In this document: in pieces, positions 19,743 through 29,664 of the stretch
Layout of the letters: each line of letters starts with the position of its first letter
Position numbering within the stretch: the first letter of the stretch is position 1
Virus record (IMG/VR): IMGVR_UViG_3300045988_124082
From: a virus
Length of the DNA stretch: 64,000 bases
Strand: one strand, 5' to 3'
Made by a program: the position numbers and the translations under genes
Notes under the pieces: generated by a model
What the model was told of the DNA's origin: nothing
What the model saw: only the letters and a program-made list of their open reading frames with translations
Database searches by the model: none

Positions 19743-21279
19743 TTTTATTCTCCTCTCTGGTTGCTATACCTTCCTCAGTCATATTATCAAGGTTCTTTTT
19801 TTCAGCACCACCTTTAGAGTCAGTTGTACCTGTATTAGATGTATAAGAAGAATTAAGAGGCTTCCATAATTCATCTAATCCCAGTGCATTTTCCAAACCA
19901 GTATTCTGCATAACTTCATAAGGCGTATAACCCAAAGAAGTAGCAAGTTCCATTTTTACTGGAACACCTAAGGCAGCAGCATCTTTTCTCACGTTGATAT
20001 AATCTTCTTGTGTGAAATATGTATATCTGTGGAACTTAATAATATAATTTTCATCAATATTGTTTTTGATGTACATCTGAGCCCATCTCTCAATCTTAAC
20101 TAAGAAATCTATGGCTACAGTTTCATCAACTTCTATAGAATGTTTCAATCCAACAGATCCACCTTTGTCAGAATTGAATAACATTTCAGATACACCAACT
20201 TTGCTCATTAAATTAGATAAAGAATTAGCAAAAATGTCAGTGTCAGACGTGTCATTTGTTTTAAAAGAAACGACTTCAAGATCACATGGGCTGTAAGCAG
20301 TTGCAGCCAAAGAAGGAGCAGCTTCACTTAAAAGTCCATCCATAGCTTGTACAAGATCTAAATCAACAGCAAAATCATTGATTTCTTTTGTACCAGATAA
20401 TAATGGGATTTTTTGAAGTAATAAGACACTTGCTTCCAACTCTGTCTTAGCTTTGATTAAATTTTCATAGTCTAAAAGATCAATCAAAGACACAAAGAGA
20501 GGAAGTAGATATGGAAGCGGAAGAAGTGGATCGTTTCCAGAAATGATACAAATAGAGGTTTCCATAGGAATTTGAAACCATTTGTAATCCTGACCATTAC
20601 TTTTGTAAGCATTGTAGCCAGTGCTAAATACAGAATCCCACTCTTCAAGATAAATACTATTATTTCCCTGATCAAAGAAGCTTGCATCAAAGTCAAATCC
20701 ATAAACACCATTGTCTACTTGAGTAACTTTGCAATATTTAGCTTCTAACTGGTATAAAAAGCATTCATCATCGCCATTGTCATAAATAAATCCAAAATAA
20801 GCACCATCTCTAAGTGCTGTTGCAATAACACCGGGCATATCGGCTTTAAAATTAATTCGCTGAACACCTTTTACAGCTTCTGTGTAAGAAGTAATGAAAT
20901 CAGCCTGTCCACCATTCGATAAATCTTCTTTGGGGACTAGCTGATAGTTATATAACAACATGGAAGAGTAATATTCGATCAGTTTCCGATATGGCATACT
21001 TACTCTGTATAACCATTCAGAAACAGCTCTGATATTGTTAATGTTTGATTGTGGATTCTGAATATACTGTTGTAGTTTAGCTTTTGTGTAACGAGTATAA
21101 CTACGACTTGTTTCTTTGTTAGCTTTTTGTAAAATTAAACTATTGACCTGACTTTGACTGAAAGTAGAAGCAAAAGGTCTTGAATAATTTCCTGATTGCA
21201 TTTGTGTAACTTTACGTTTTATGGGTTGATTCTTACGCACGGGTTTCCCAGCATTTTGTTTTTTCGCCACATTATCCAA
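19732..21279 (-). CDS. portal protein candidate
   Basis: 515-aa ORF immediately downstream of terL exon 3, with typical size and position. Confidence 0.6.
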   Translation of the reverse strand: MDNVAKKQNAGKPVRKNQPIKRKVTQMQSGNYSRPFASTFSQSQVNSLILQKANKETSRSYTRYTKAKLQQYIQNPQSNINNIRAVSEWLYRVSMPYRKLIEYYSSMLLYNYQLVPKEDLSNGGQADFITSYTEAVKGVQRINFKADMPGVIATALRDGAYFGFIYDNGDDECFLYQLEAKYCKVTQVDNGVYGFDFDASFFDQGNNSIYLEEWDSVFSTGYNAYKSNGQDYKWFQIPMETSICIISGNDPLLPLPYLLPLFVSLIDLLDYENLIKAKTELEASVLLLQKIPLLSGTKEINDFAVDLDLVQAMDGLLSEAAPSLAATAYSPCDLEVVSFKTNDTSDTDIFANSLSNLMSKVGVSEMLFNSDKGGSVGLKHSIEVDETVAIDFLVKIERWAQMYIKNNIDENYIIKFHRYTYFTQEDYINVRKDAAALGVPVKMELATSLGYTPYEVMQNTGLENALGLDELWKPLNSSYTSNTGTTDSKGGAEKKNLDNMTEEGIATREENKNGE

Positions 21280-21292
21280 GTTCTTTCACCTC

Positions 21293-21441
21293 CTAGTATT
21301 GCTTCCAGTTAAATTTGGCCGGACGAATATTAATAAATTGTTGTGTATAATCAGTTTTCTTTGGTTTACGCTTAGTAATATGCTCACGTCTTCTCTGAGC
21401 TAACTCCCAAGCGAGCATGGCGATTACATCGTTCTGTTACT
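21293..21441 (-). CDS. terL: terminase large subunit, exon 3
   Basis: Own translation: NDVIAMLAWELAQRRREHITKRKPKKTDYTQQFINIRPAKFNWKQY*. It completes the nuclease motif HDD..D(V/A)(I/L)AM that exon 2 leaves open. Confidence 0.6.
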
Positions 21442-21686
21442 TTTTGACCTGCTTACAGGCGAATGAGACGTTAATCTCATTTCTCATATTTCTTTTGTTA
21501 TAGTATGAGTCCAGACTATCGCATCTCCATATAATACCGATGGAGTTCTTTCACTTAGTCGTTGCAGCTGCACGGTTTCCCTGCTTGCTGTGGGTTATCC
21601 TCTTCAGGACTTTCCCAAATTGATCAGAAAGAATTAAAAATGCAGTTTATGGATTATGCTGCATTTGCCCTATGCCTTAAGGCTCT
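21442..21686 (-). mobile_element. ORF-less group I intron (terL intron 2)
   Basis: Minus strand, in order: P-like GCAGGGAAAC, Q-like CCGTGCAGC, R CAACGACTAAG (rc 21554-21564), S GCGATAGTCTGG (rc 21511-21522). GACTA/TAGTC gives the P7 pairing. The intron ends in G. Confidence 0.65.
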
Positions 21687-22961
21687 ATCGTCATGCATTT
21701 TATTAGCTTTCTGGGGATCAAGATCAAATCTGTCCTTGCCAGAAGCCTGTTTGAATCGATAAATATTAACCAATTCAGTTTTTGCGTGATCAATTTGTTT
21801 CAAAGCAATCTCTTCATAAGTGGTTAACTTGTGAATTTGAGTATCAACAGTGATTTCTTTCTTGCTTAATATTTTTTCCTCATCCTCAGATGGGAAATAA
21901 TCACGCAGAGTACGATTACCATTTTTATCAATCTCATAAATTAAGTTGATGAATCCCTTTCCGTCATACTCATTCGGAAATTCAATCAGACCTAAATCCA
22001 TCATTTGAATCAAAGATTCAAACATTTCAGACTTATATTTCAATGGGGACATCAATTTTACGATGTCTGGAATAGCATTAGGGAAGTTTCTAGCTTCCTC
22101 AGCTGAATATTCTTTATCAATCAATCCACGATGCATTAATCCGTCTGAATCTTCCCAATCCTCTAAGAAGAAGTCAGTAATAGGCACGCCAGCTCCTCCA
22201 GAACCTGCATCAACTAAAAATCTCTTGATATTTTGGTAATCAGCAACGCCATCACCGTTATAATCTAATAGTAATTGTTTGATTGCTTTAATCTGATTTG
22301 GGGTATTCATAGGAGTTTTATTAGCTTTGAAATAATCTTGAAGACATACAAGATTGACAATTTTCATTTTTAATCCCTGTGTAGGATCTTCATAAAGTTC
22401 TCCTATGGCAAGAGCAGAATTATCATGTGATCTAGCAGGGTCATATGCAAAAACATACTCTCTGCGACCATCTGGATTTTTAAGAACTGGAATTCTGTTG
22501 TAAGAGTTCTTAATGATCCTTGCTCTTTTAATGATCTGACCATCTCCACCTTCATTTGTGAAGATGTTATAATATTCACGCAATGCGGCTTCCTTATCTG
22601 TTCGCATAGCACTGTCTACCGTACTTTGACTTAACAGAGGTTTAGGTAGTCCAATGCCTCTTTTTGTTGCTTTAATAATGACATCACAGTTAATATCAGC
22701 ACAAAAATAGTTTTTATCTCCTGCATCCATTCGTAGGCTACATTCTCTGTACTTTTTATAAAAATACTGGTCAGTACGACCTGCAGAAGAGCAGTAGAGT
22801 AACTGATTTTCGAACATAGGTGGTTTCATAAGCATTTCAGAACCATCTCCATTTGTTCCTAATGCAAAATCAGCGTTCTGAGTTGTAAATGGTTCAGAAG
22901 TATCAAATAATTCATCTGGACTGTTCATTGCTTCATCATATACATTGCAATTGCTACGCTT
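21687..22961 (-). CDS. terL: terminase large subunit, exon 2 (Walker B and nuclease domain)
   Basis: The frame is open upstream of the track start: KRSNCNVYDEAMNSPDELF (Walker B-like VYDEA). It ends ..KMHDD; the LRHRANAA* tail of the ORF is intronic. Confidence 0.7.
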
Positions 22962-23274
22962 CGTTTTTGTTATCCTACAGGCTTTTTATCCCATAGTTCT
23001 TATACTTGTACTTTCGCATAAGATCGGCGTACCTCTTTACCTGCAACTTTACTTGTTAAGGCAGTGAGAACTCTTGCAGGGATTATATTCTACGAAAGTA
23101 GGTTCACCCTGTACGCTCTGCATGTGACCTTACTTTTAAATAAGGCCTTCCATTCGGATTAGCATCTCAGCCTTCCCGTTTTCTTTCTCACTTAAATTAC
23201 ATCCTCTTAGGAAAACCAATCATTTCTGATTGGGGAAGCAAACATAGTAATAGTATATAAACTATATCTAAAAT
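22962..23274 (-). mobile_element. ORF-less group I intron (terL intron 1)
   Basis: P-like ACGGGAAGG (rc 23171-23179), Q-like AATCCG (rc 23155-23160), R-like CAGAGCGTACAGGG (rc 23107-23120), S-like GTACGC (rc 23027-23032). The exon ends AGT| and the intron ends G|AAG. Confidence 0.6.
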
Positions 23275-23844
23275 ACTTCTGTTGTTGTTATATGCACCGT
23301 TCAAAGTAAAAATCTGTGCATCGTTATACAATTGATGATGATATGAAGCAGGATTGTGAACAAATCCATCTTTATTTGCATGAGATTTAATAATTTCACT
23401 TGCATAAACACTTGTAAGTGTTGTAAATGAAGGAACTTCATTCTTTGTGATCTTTTCAAGCTTTGAATACATTTCAATAGACTGTGATCCAACACCGCAT
23501 AGAATATAAGCGGTGAAGTTTGGTACCAACAGAGATTTAGTCATCAAATAGATAGATGCCAATGCACTTTTACCACCATTTCGACTCATAGCCCATACTG
23601 CAACCTTAGAAGTCCAAGTATTCATGAATATATAGGTCTGATAGTCCATTAATTCAACACCAAATATCTCTGATGCGAATCTGGTAGGATTCCTTCGACC
23701 CCACTGAATGAACTCAGCAGTCTCTTTGTATTGCTCATACTGACGATTTGTAATGTCATATAAACTAGGTTTTTTGAAGATTTGATAATTCTTTGGGAGA
23801 TATACACCAGATTCGTGTAATTCGTATTTCTTACTTTCTCTCAA
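23275..23844 (-). CDS. terL: terminase large subunit, exon 1 (ATPase Walker A)
   Basis: TTG start. Walker A-like MSRNGGKSALAS. The conserved sequence stops at ..GAYNNNRS and the remaining track ORF (ILDIVYILLLCLL..) is intron read-through. Confidence 0.7.
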
Positions 23845-24053
23845 TATTCGATCACCTCACCATCTTCAGTCATGAGGCGTTTCTCAATCAGAAAATCTTT
23901 AAGATCTCTGTTTTCTACGAGAAGGATTCTTGCCCTTTCAAGAGCTTCATCACGTTCTCTACTATATTGTTCAACTAACTCAACTTTAATATCTTTGATT
24001 TCTGATGCAATGTTCTCGTCATAGCCACCATTATGTTTAATTAGGACGCTACT
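23841..24053 (-). CDS. small-terminase-like packaging protein, 3' exon
   Basis: Own translation: ..HNGGYDENIASEIKDIKVELVEQYSRERDEALERARILLVENRDLKDFLIEKRLMTEDGEVIEY*. The stop overlaps the terL start. Not in the ORF track. Confidence 0.5.
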   Translation of the reverse strand, partial: SSVLIKHNGGYDENIASEIKDIKVELVEQYSRERDEALERARILLVENRDLKDFLIEKRLMTEDGEVIEY

Positions 24054-24384
24054 CCTAACTGAGTTCGACTCCTCAAGGTTTCCCTATGAGTGCAGACTAT
24101 ATCTTCACCCTTAATAAAAGGGGCTTATTTTTTGGAACCACCAATCGCTTGTGGCCTACTTCCTTACGGAATAGTCGTTGGACTCCATCTTTCGATAAAA
24201 GCTGCTGATTATCCATTAAAAAAGAGCAGGGGATTTAACCTCGCTCTTATACAACCAATTTTTTCAGTTTTCACAACATTCACGCCTATACCATTGCAGG
24301 TATTACGTTGTAGTTTGGTAGTCTTTAGGACTTCCCAGCAATTAAATAAGTATTTTTTCATACAGCTTACACTATACGCAGACT
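24054..24384 (-). mobile_element. ORF-less group I intron in small-terminase-like gene
   Basis: P TTGCTGGGAAGTCC (rc 24328-24341), R TCCAACGACTAT (rc 24171-24182), S GAAGATATAGTCTGC (rc 24092-24106). These closely match the classical R (GUUCAACGACUAGA) and S (AAGAUAUAGUCC) boxes. The 5' boundary is good to about 20 nt. Confidence 0.65.
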
Positions 24385-25386
24385 AATAAGGTTAATCTGT
24401 TTATGACGAGCTTCTTCTGAAATCTCTGCAACCTGGCGCATTCCTTCACAAGTACCAATATCAAAGGTGTTAATTTCTGCCTCTCGGAACCCAATATCTC
24501 GTAAATGCTTTTCTTTCCCGGACAGAGTGAATGCACCTTTGGATTTATTATTGTTATTTGTGATAGAAATACCATTTTCTTTAGCTAATGAGTTAATATT
24601 ATTGACCAGTTTTGAAACTGTTTCAGATAAGTTTTTGACAACAGCATTGTTCTGTACAGCAGTTGTAACATCAATCGTGTACGCATCAATAGCTGCGTTA
24701 AGATTTGTGATCTGAGCTTGTGACTTAACAATTTGGATTGCAGCAATCATCTTCATTGCATCATTCTTAGTTTCTTCATCCAAAAAGTTAACAAGCTGAG
24801 AGTAGAGTAGAGGCATGTCTTTTTCACTTGGGTATTCATCAAATGGATCATACCCAATGATTTTAATGACATCCTTCCTATTTTGTTCATATGCTTCTTT
24901 AAGAGCTTCAGCATCGGTATAAATGGATTCTGTTTTCACCTTCGATACATGAGTCATATCTTTAAAAATATCACTATCACGCCAACGCTTACCATGATAC
25001 TGATTCAAACCAAGACTTGTTAGATAAACACCCCATATAGTTTTATTTTCTTTCTTTTTACCTCTTTCTGGAGGCTTGTTTGCACTGAATACAGCAGTTT
25101 CCCATAAATCTTCATAGAATGGCTTATCTAAATACTCTAAAGCATCTTGAACGCTTTCTCTTGTCTCTCCAAGAAATTCTCCAGCATCAGTTTTTCTACG
25201 AGCAACAGCAGTAGAACAATCTTTACAGATTCTTGTAATACCTGTTAAAACTCTAGGATCTGAACTACTATAGAATTTTGTCTTTGGAAGATCTTTGTTG
25301 CAAAAAGGACAGCGAAATGTTTCTTCTTTTTGCGCTTGTACCTTTTTAGCAGAGGATTGTGTACGGCGCATTGCAGTTTTCGCCAT
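24385..25386 (-). CDS. small-terminase-like packaging protein, 5' exon (zinc-ribbon N-terminus)
   Basis: ORF 24367..25386. CPFCNK..CKDC zinc ribbon. Located directly upstream of terL. Function is positional. Confidence 0.45.
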
Positions 25387-25395
25387 ATCTTACTC

Positions 25396-26598
25396 CTAAC
25401 TTAAATATATTTTTTCAGAAGCGGTTCTACCCTTACCTTCTTCAAAGATCGTAAAGTAGGCAGCAGAATCGCTTGATTGTAAAATTTTCTCAGCGAATGG
25501 ATCAACACCCATTACACTTGGAACATTAATAACTTCAGCATGACGACCAACATCAGAGCTTTCTAGATGATGTATGTGACCTGCAACCAAGTAGTCTAAC
25601 TTTACACCATAGAAGTTCTGAAATTTACCATACGCATCTTTAATGTTCTTTTTATCACCATGAAAAGCCAGAACATTGAAACCACAGATGTTTTCATAGA
25701 TCAATCCAGTGGGATTCTCAATTACCTCAATGTTCGGGTTATTCTCTAATAATATTTTTAACATTGCTCTTACTACGATACCAAGATTTTCATGAGTGAA
25801 AGTACCCTTAGGCTGTCCAAGCATTCTCAATTCACTATGGTTACCATCAGTCATGTGGAATTTGATTCGTGCGTATTGAGACAATTCATTTAACCAATTT
25901 GCAAGAAAATATCCATATCTTACAGAGCTATCAATAACTCCATATCGCAATATGAATAATTGTCCAACTCTCAGAAGACCATCAATAAAGTCTCCAAGAG
26001 AGAAGATGTGTAGCTCTGATAGATTATGTTCATCAATCAGGCCAATTGTGTAGCTTAAAAGTTTATACATTCGATCTTCAAAGATTTCTGGGTTATATGA
26101 ATTGATAATCTCACCTGAAAGGCCTTTAATTTCAAATTCAACACCATAGTGTTCATCTCCGAAGAACAAACAACCAGCTTCTCGATTATGAGTTACCGGC
26201 AATAAATCTGGAATTATAAGAGGCTCAAGATCTTTCATTGCCAATCCAATCTTTTCAAAGATCAGATCATCTCGACCAATCTCACGTTTCCATCTATTTA
26301 ATTCAAGTTTTTCTGTTTGAACCTGTGTCTTCAAAAGCTCTAACTCTCTAGTTTTAGCTTTCACGGCAATAAGTTCACTGCTCTGAGTCATATCAGAAAA
26401 TACATTTTCATAATATTTCTGAGCGTTTTGATATTCTTTACGATACTTAGACTCCCCATAGTTGTAACCAAGTTCTTTATTAAGATGTTTGGCTAATTCT
26501 TCCCAACTATTGCCTATAATACCGTTACTCTTCATGTCACACAGTCTCCATATGTACTGTTTTTCGTTTTCGTTTTCCTGTCTGCTTAAATCTACCAA
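25396..26598 (-). CDS. calcineurin-like metallophosphoesterase
   Basis: Motifs in the canonical order: FFGDEHYG, SLGDFIDG, TDGNHSE, AFHGD, VAGHIHH. Confidence 0.75.
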   Translation of the reverse strand: MVDLSRQENENEKQYIWRLCDMKSNGIIGNSWEELAKHLNKELGYNYGESKYRKEYQNAQKYYENVFSDMTQSSELIAVKAKTRELELLKTQVQTEKLELNRWKREIGRDDLIFEKIGLAMKDLEPLIIPDLLPVTHNREAGCLFFGDEHYGVEFEIKGLSGEIINSYNPEIFEDRMYKLLSYTIGLIDEHNLSELHIFSLGDFIDGLLRVGQLFILRYGVIDSSVRYGYFLANWLNELSQYARIKFHMTDGNHSELRMLGQPKGTFTHENLGIVVRAMLKILLENNPNIEVIENPTGLIYENICGFNVLAFHGDKKNIKDAYGKFQNFYGVKLDYLVAGHIHHLESSDVGRHAEVINVPSVMGVDPFAEKILQSSDSAAYFTIFEEGKGRTASEKIYLS

Positions 26599-26604
26599 TG
26601 TGTC

Positions 26605-27015
26605 TTAACCCTCCCAATCTTCGTTTACCAGTTCCTTAAATCTATCAGTGAATTTACCATATGGTTGTAGTTTTGCAGGAACTGTAATAGGTTCTCTGTT
26701 CCTTGGATCAACCAATTCCTTTTCAGGAATATACCGAGATCCCAGTACAATACCAGAAGCGAGAGAAATCTCAGTGTCTTCAGCATCATTAGTTTCTTTC
26801 ATAATCTTCATAACACAATCAGGAATAGCATCTAACACGATTTTACAATCACCCTTAGTGAAACCTGTTGCATCAGAGACCATTGAAACAAGATCACGTT
26901 GTTTGTGTTTAAAATAATCTCTTTTTTTCTTTTTCAATTTTCCAGCACCATCCTTTTTATCATTTCTCCGAGTTACAGTCCGTGCTTGCTGCTCATAAAG
27001 AGTCAGCGTACACAT
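26605..27015 (-). CDS. HU/IHF-like DNA-binding protein with basic N-terminal extension
   Basis: ..LVSMVSDATGFTKGDCKIVLDAIPDCVMKIM..ISLASGIVLGSRYIPEKELVDPRNREPITVPAKLQPYGKF follows the HU fold pattern (beta arm RNP-like..P). Confidence 0.55.
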   Translation of the reverse strand: MCTLTLYEQQARTVTRRNDKKDGAGKLKKKKRDYFKHKQRDLVSMVSDATGFTKGDCKIVLDAIPDCVMKIMKETNDAEDTEISLASGIVLGSRYIPEKELVDPRNREPITVPAKLQPYGKFTDRFKELVNEDWEG

Positions 27016-27025
27016 TTGGACATAG

Positions 27026-27098
<73 letters not shown>

Positions 27099-27282
27099 AC
27101 AAAAAGAGTACATTGTAACTACCAACAATGTACTCAAATTTAGAAAAGAGGTATAAATTATGATTCCTACAAGAAATCTTAATAGCTTTGTAAATCTTTC
27201 TGAGGTATGAAACAACAATAGAAAAGCGCAATAATCAAAACTTCACAAGAAAGGAGATAATATGATTCCTCAGAAAGATTAA

Positions 27283-27354
27283 CAGGGATAACTGGATTTG
27301 AACCAGTGAATACAGCAGTCAAAGTGCTGTGCCTTACCGCTTGGCGATATCCCT
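27283..27354 (-). tRNA. tRNA-Gln (anticodon TTG)
   Basis: AGGGATA acceptor, CAGCA-CTTTGAC-TGCTG anticodon arm, ACTGG-TTCAAAT-CCAGT T arm. Confidence 0.8.
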
Positions 27355-27967
27355 ATATGTATTTTAATTTTAAAGCAGGTCTTCACCTTACAGTCATTTG
27401 TGGAATAGTTTGTTCTGCAACATAGTAGATAAGTCTGAGCTTTGAGGAGCGACCTCTAACTTCTTACCTAAGTCTAAAAGACCAGTTCTATGACATGATC
27501 AATACATGCAATGTCAACCCGCCATTCAGAATTAAGTTTTATTGTTATATACTCTATTAGCATATATATTCATTTTGAATTTGAACTTACCCTTAACTGA
27601 CTTGAGCGACATACCAGCGACTTTTCTTATACACTGTCTTTTGAACAGCTTCACATCAAACTACATTATTTGGCTTTTCCACCTTTTACGTACCTGCCAG
27701 AGTACGCATTGAAGTGGATTATTCTCCACAGGAGCGTCTATTGTTGTAGCGAAAAGTTCTGTGCGTTAACCAGACCAAAATGCTGCACAATATCCATTTG
27801 CTTGAGAGTTTCTCTCTTGTCCATATCAGATCACTCCGACATAAAAAGAGACACAAAGAACGTATCCGTACAATGTATCTCTCCAATTCGACATATGTGC
27901 CTAGAATATTTCTCGGACTCATGGCATTGAGTTTTATAACCGAGTTGCTTATGTTTTAAAATACAAA

Positions 27968-28039
27968 CACCCTAAGCTGGATTTGAACCAGCACGAACGG
28001 TTTTGGAGACCGTCATTCTACCAACTAAATTATTAGGGC
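27968..28039 (-). tRNA. tRNA-Trp (anticodon CCA)
   Basis: GCCCTAA acceptor (G1-U72 wobble), ACGGT-CTCCAAA-ACCGT anticodon arm, GCTGG-TTCAAAT-CCAGC T arm. Confidence 0.75.
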
Positions 28040-28046
28040 GATATTA

Positions 28047-28120
28047 CTGACATGACAGGACTCGAACCTGCAACACCAACGTCCGTAGCGTTGTGCTCTG
28101 TCCAGTTGAGCTACATGTCA
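28047..28120 (-). tRNA. tRNA-Arg (anticodon ACG)
   Basis: TGACATG acceptor, GCTC/GAGC D stem, CAACG-CTACGGA-CGTTG anticodon arm, TTCGAGT T loop. Confidence 0.75.
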
Positions 28121-28163
28121 TTAAAATTCGACCTCAATCCACATAGGATTTTGAGGTACTTTC

Positions 28164-28249
28164 GTCCCTGTTGAGGGTATCGAACCCACTCGTGACCGAA
28201 GCCATCTGATTTACAGTCAGATCCGCCTCCTTAGCGGGATAAACAGGGA
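28164..28249 (-). tRNA. tRNA-Tyr (anticodon GTA), long variable arm
   Basis: TCTGA-CTGTAAA-TCAGA anticodon arm, GGCTTCGGTC variable arm, TTCGATA T loop. The D arm and T stem are slightly irregular. Confidence 0.6.
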
Positions 28250-28291
28250 TATAAGCCCGTGAGCTCGAAAGACATCACAGGACAACCTAAA

Positions 28292-28377
28292 CGCTGCGAC
28301 AAGGATTCGAACCTTGAGGTCACTAGGACACAATAGTTTTCAAGACTACGCCGTTATAACCATTTCGGTACCGCAGC
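28292..28377 (-). tRNA. tRNA-Ser (anticodon TGA), long variable arm
   Basis: GCTGCGG acceptor, GTAGT-CTTGAAA-ACTAT anticodon arm, CAAGG-TTCGAAT-CCTTG T arm. Confidence 0.75.
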
Positions 28378-28382
28378 AAAAG

Positions 28383-28474
28383 CGTACAGAGTGGGCTACG
28401 ACCCCACGTTACATGTATTCGCATGTAAACCCAATTAGCAGTCGGGCGCCTTAAACCAACTCAGCCATCTGTAC
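28383..28474 (-). tRNA. tRNA-Ser (anticodon GCT), long variable arm
   Basis: GTACAGA/TCTGTAC acceptor, CCCGA-CTGCTAA-TTGGG anticodon arm, 7-bp variable arm TTACATG..CATGTAA. The T loop GTCGTAG is atypical. Confidence 0.65.
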
Positions 28475-28658
28475 ATAATTTTTGTAGACCACTTGAAGTA
28501 AAGATTCACAAATCACATTGAACCAAGTTATCGAAAGCTTCTACATGTCTTCGTCCGTGCGCATCAGACTAATCATTTTACGATGTGTGATTTATTTATA
28601 CTGCCTTAGCAGTTGGTTCACCAAAATCTGTTCGCAAACAGTCTGGATCTCTCGTCAA

Positions 28659-29042
28659 TTACTTGACTAAGTATACTTTTCGGTATTTCTTCCCAAATTT
28701 TCTGACTTGGGAGTGAGAAGAGAAGTACATGTCGATGTGTTTTCCTTTTACGCCGCCTCCGACATCTTCGGCCACCAGTGTCTTACCACCAATTCTCACT
28801 TTGCTACCGAGTTTAATTTTTCTTCGATCGACTGATATGGTTCTACCTTGTTTTGCTCTGCGTCCAGAAGCAGTACGGTTTCCCCATCCACCAGAACAAC
28901 TACGACAACCACAGTAAGCTGTGATTTTATATGTTCCTAAACATTTGACTTTTTTACTCTTTGCTGGAACAGAAGAAGTAAGTCCTCCAACTGTGATCAA
29001 CAAGGCCATTAACAGTGCGATCATTGAAATTTTCTTTTTCAT
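28659..29042 (-). CDS. secreted 3D-domain protein (cell-wall lytic / RlpA-MltA-like domain)
   Basis: Signal peptide MKKKISMIALLMALLITVGGLTSS, then ITAYCGCRSCSGGWGNRTASGRRAKQGRTISVD..VAEDVGGGVKGKHIDMYF, matching the 3D-domain pattern. Confidence 0.65.
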   Translation of the reverse strand: MKKKISMIALLMALLITVGGLTSSVPAKSKKVKCLGTYKITAYCGCRSCSGGWGNRTASGRRAKQGRTISVDRRKIKLGSKVRIGGKTLVAEDVGGGVKGKHIDMYFSSHSQVRKFGKKYRKVYLVK

Positions 29043-29246
29043 GTTTGTCTCCTTTGGTTGCTTTTACAAGTTTCCTCTGGAGGTCTATATATGTTATGGA
29101 CAGTTGCAAGTCTCGGATGTCATCTCTGATTTTTGTTTTTAGCATAGACCTCGGAACCTACGAAGCGAATATTCTTTGTTGAAACAGCGTAGGCGTGAAT
29201 CTTTGATCCACTGGCATTTTGAGATTTTATCTGTCCGAATAACCAA

Positions 29247-29369
29247 TTATTTATTCTTGGAATCTTTTTTGATCTGCTGGCGTTTCTTGAATGGAACTGG
29301 TTTCAATCCCCATGCAGTTCTTAAATCTTCCAGTGAGTTGTAATGTTCAGTTACTGTATTCCTTTTCAT
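29247..29369 (-). CDS. small basic ORF (40 aa) behind hairpin element copy B
   Basis: Own translation MKRNTVTEHYNSLEDLRTAWGLKPVPFKKRQQIKKDSKNK* with RBS AAAGGAAGGA. Below the ORF-track length cutoff. Confidence 0.35.
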   Translation of the reverse strand: MKRNTVTEHYNSLEDLRTAWGLKPVPFKKRQQIKKDSKNK

Positions 29370-29466
29370 TGCTTATATCCTTCCTTTCATATATCACTAT
29401 TTTACCACCCCTTCAAAACACTAGGTTTTACCTGGGTTTCTGAGGGGTATTTAATGTGGTAATTCT
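29364..29466 (-). promoter_or_regulatory. conserved ~95-nt hairpin element, copy B
   Basis: Minus strand: TTACCACATTAAATA-CCCCTCAGAAACCCAGGTaaaACCTAGTGTTTTGAAGGGG-TGGTAAAATAGTGATATATGAAAGGAAGG. TGGTAAAAT resembles an extended -10. Confidence 0.4.
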
Positions 29467-29558
29467 GCTCACCACTCAAAAATTTGCCTTAAAATACACT
29501 TTTTAGTATATATAATTAACTTTTATTTTCTTTTCGAAAATCTGATCTTTTTAGCATT

Positions 29559-29655
29559 TCCTTATCCTTCCTTCCATATATCACTATTTTACCACCCCCT
29601 GAAGAACGTAGGCAGAACCTAGCGTTTTCAGGGTCAATTAATGTGGTAATTCTTT
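29559..29655 (-). promoter_or_regulatory. conserved ~95-nt hairpin element, copy C
   Basis: Same architecture as copies A and B. It is followed by a 13-codon mini-ORF (MLKRSDFRKENKS). Confidence 0.4.
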
Positions 29656-29664
29656 TTGCTAGGC

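Noticed and set aside
27670-27930. An 86-aa plus-strand ORF and a 67-aa minus-strand ORF inside the tRNA-cluster spacer.
   Set aside because: They are mutually antisense, lack an RBS and are Cys/Arg-rich with odd composition. The region is more likely non-coding RNA or spacer.
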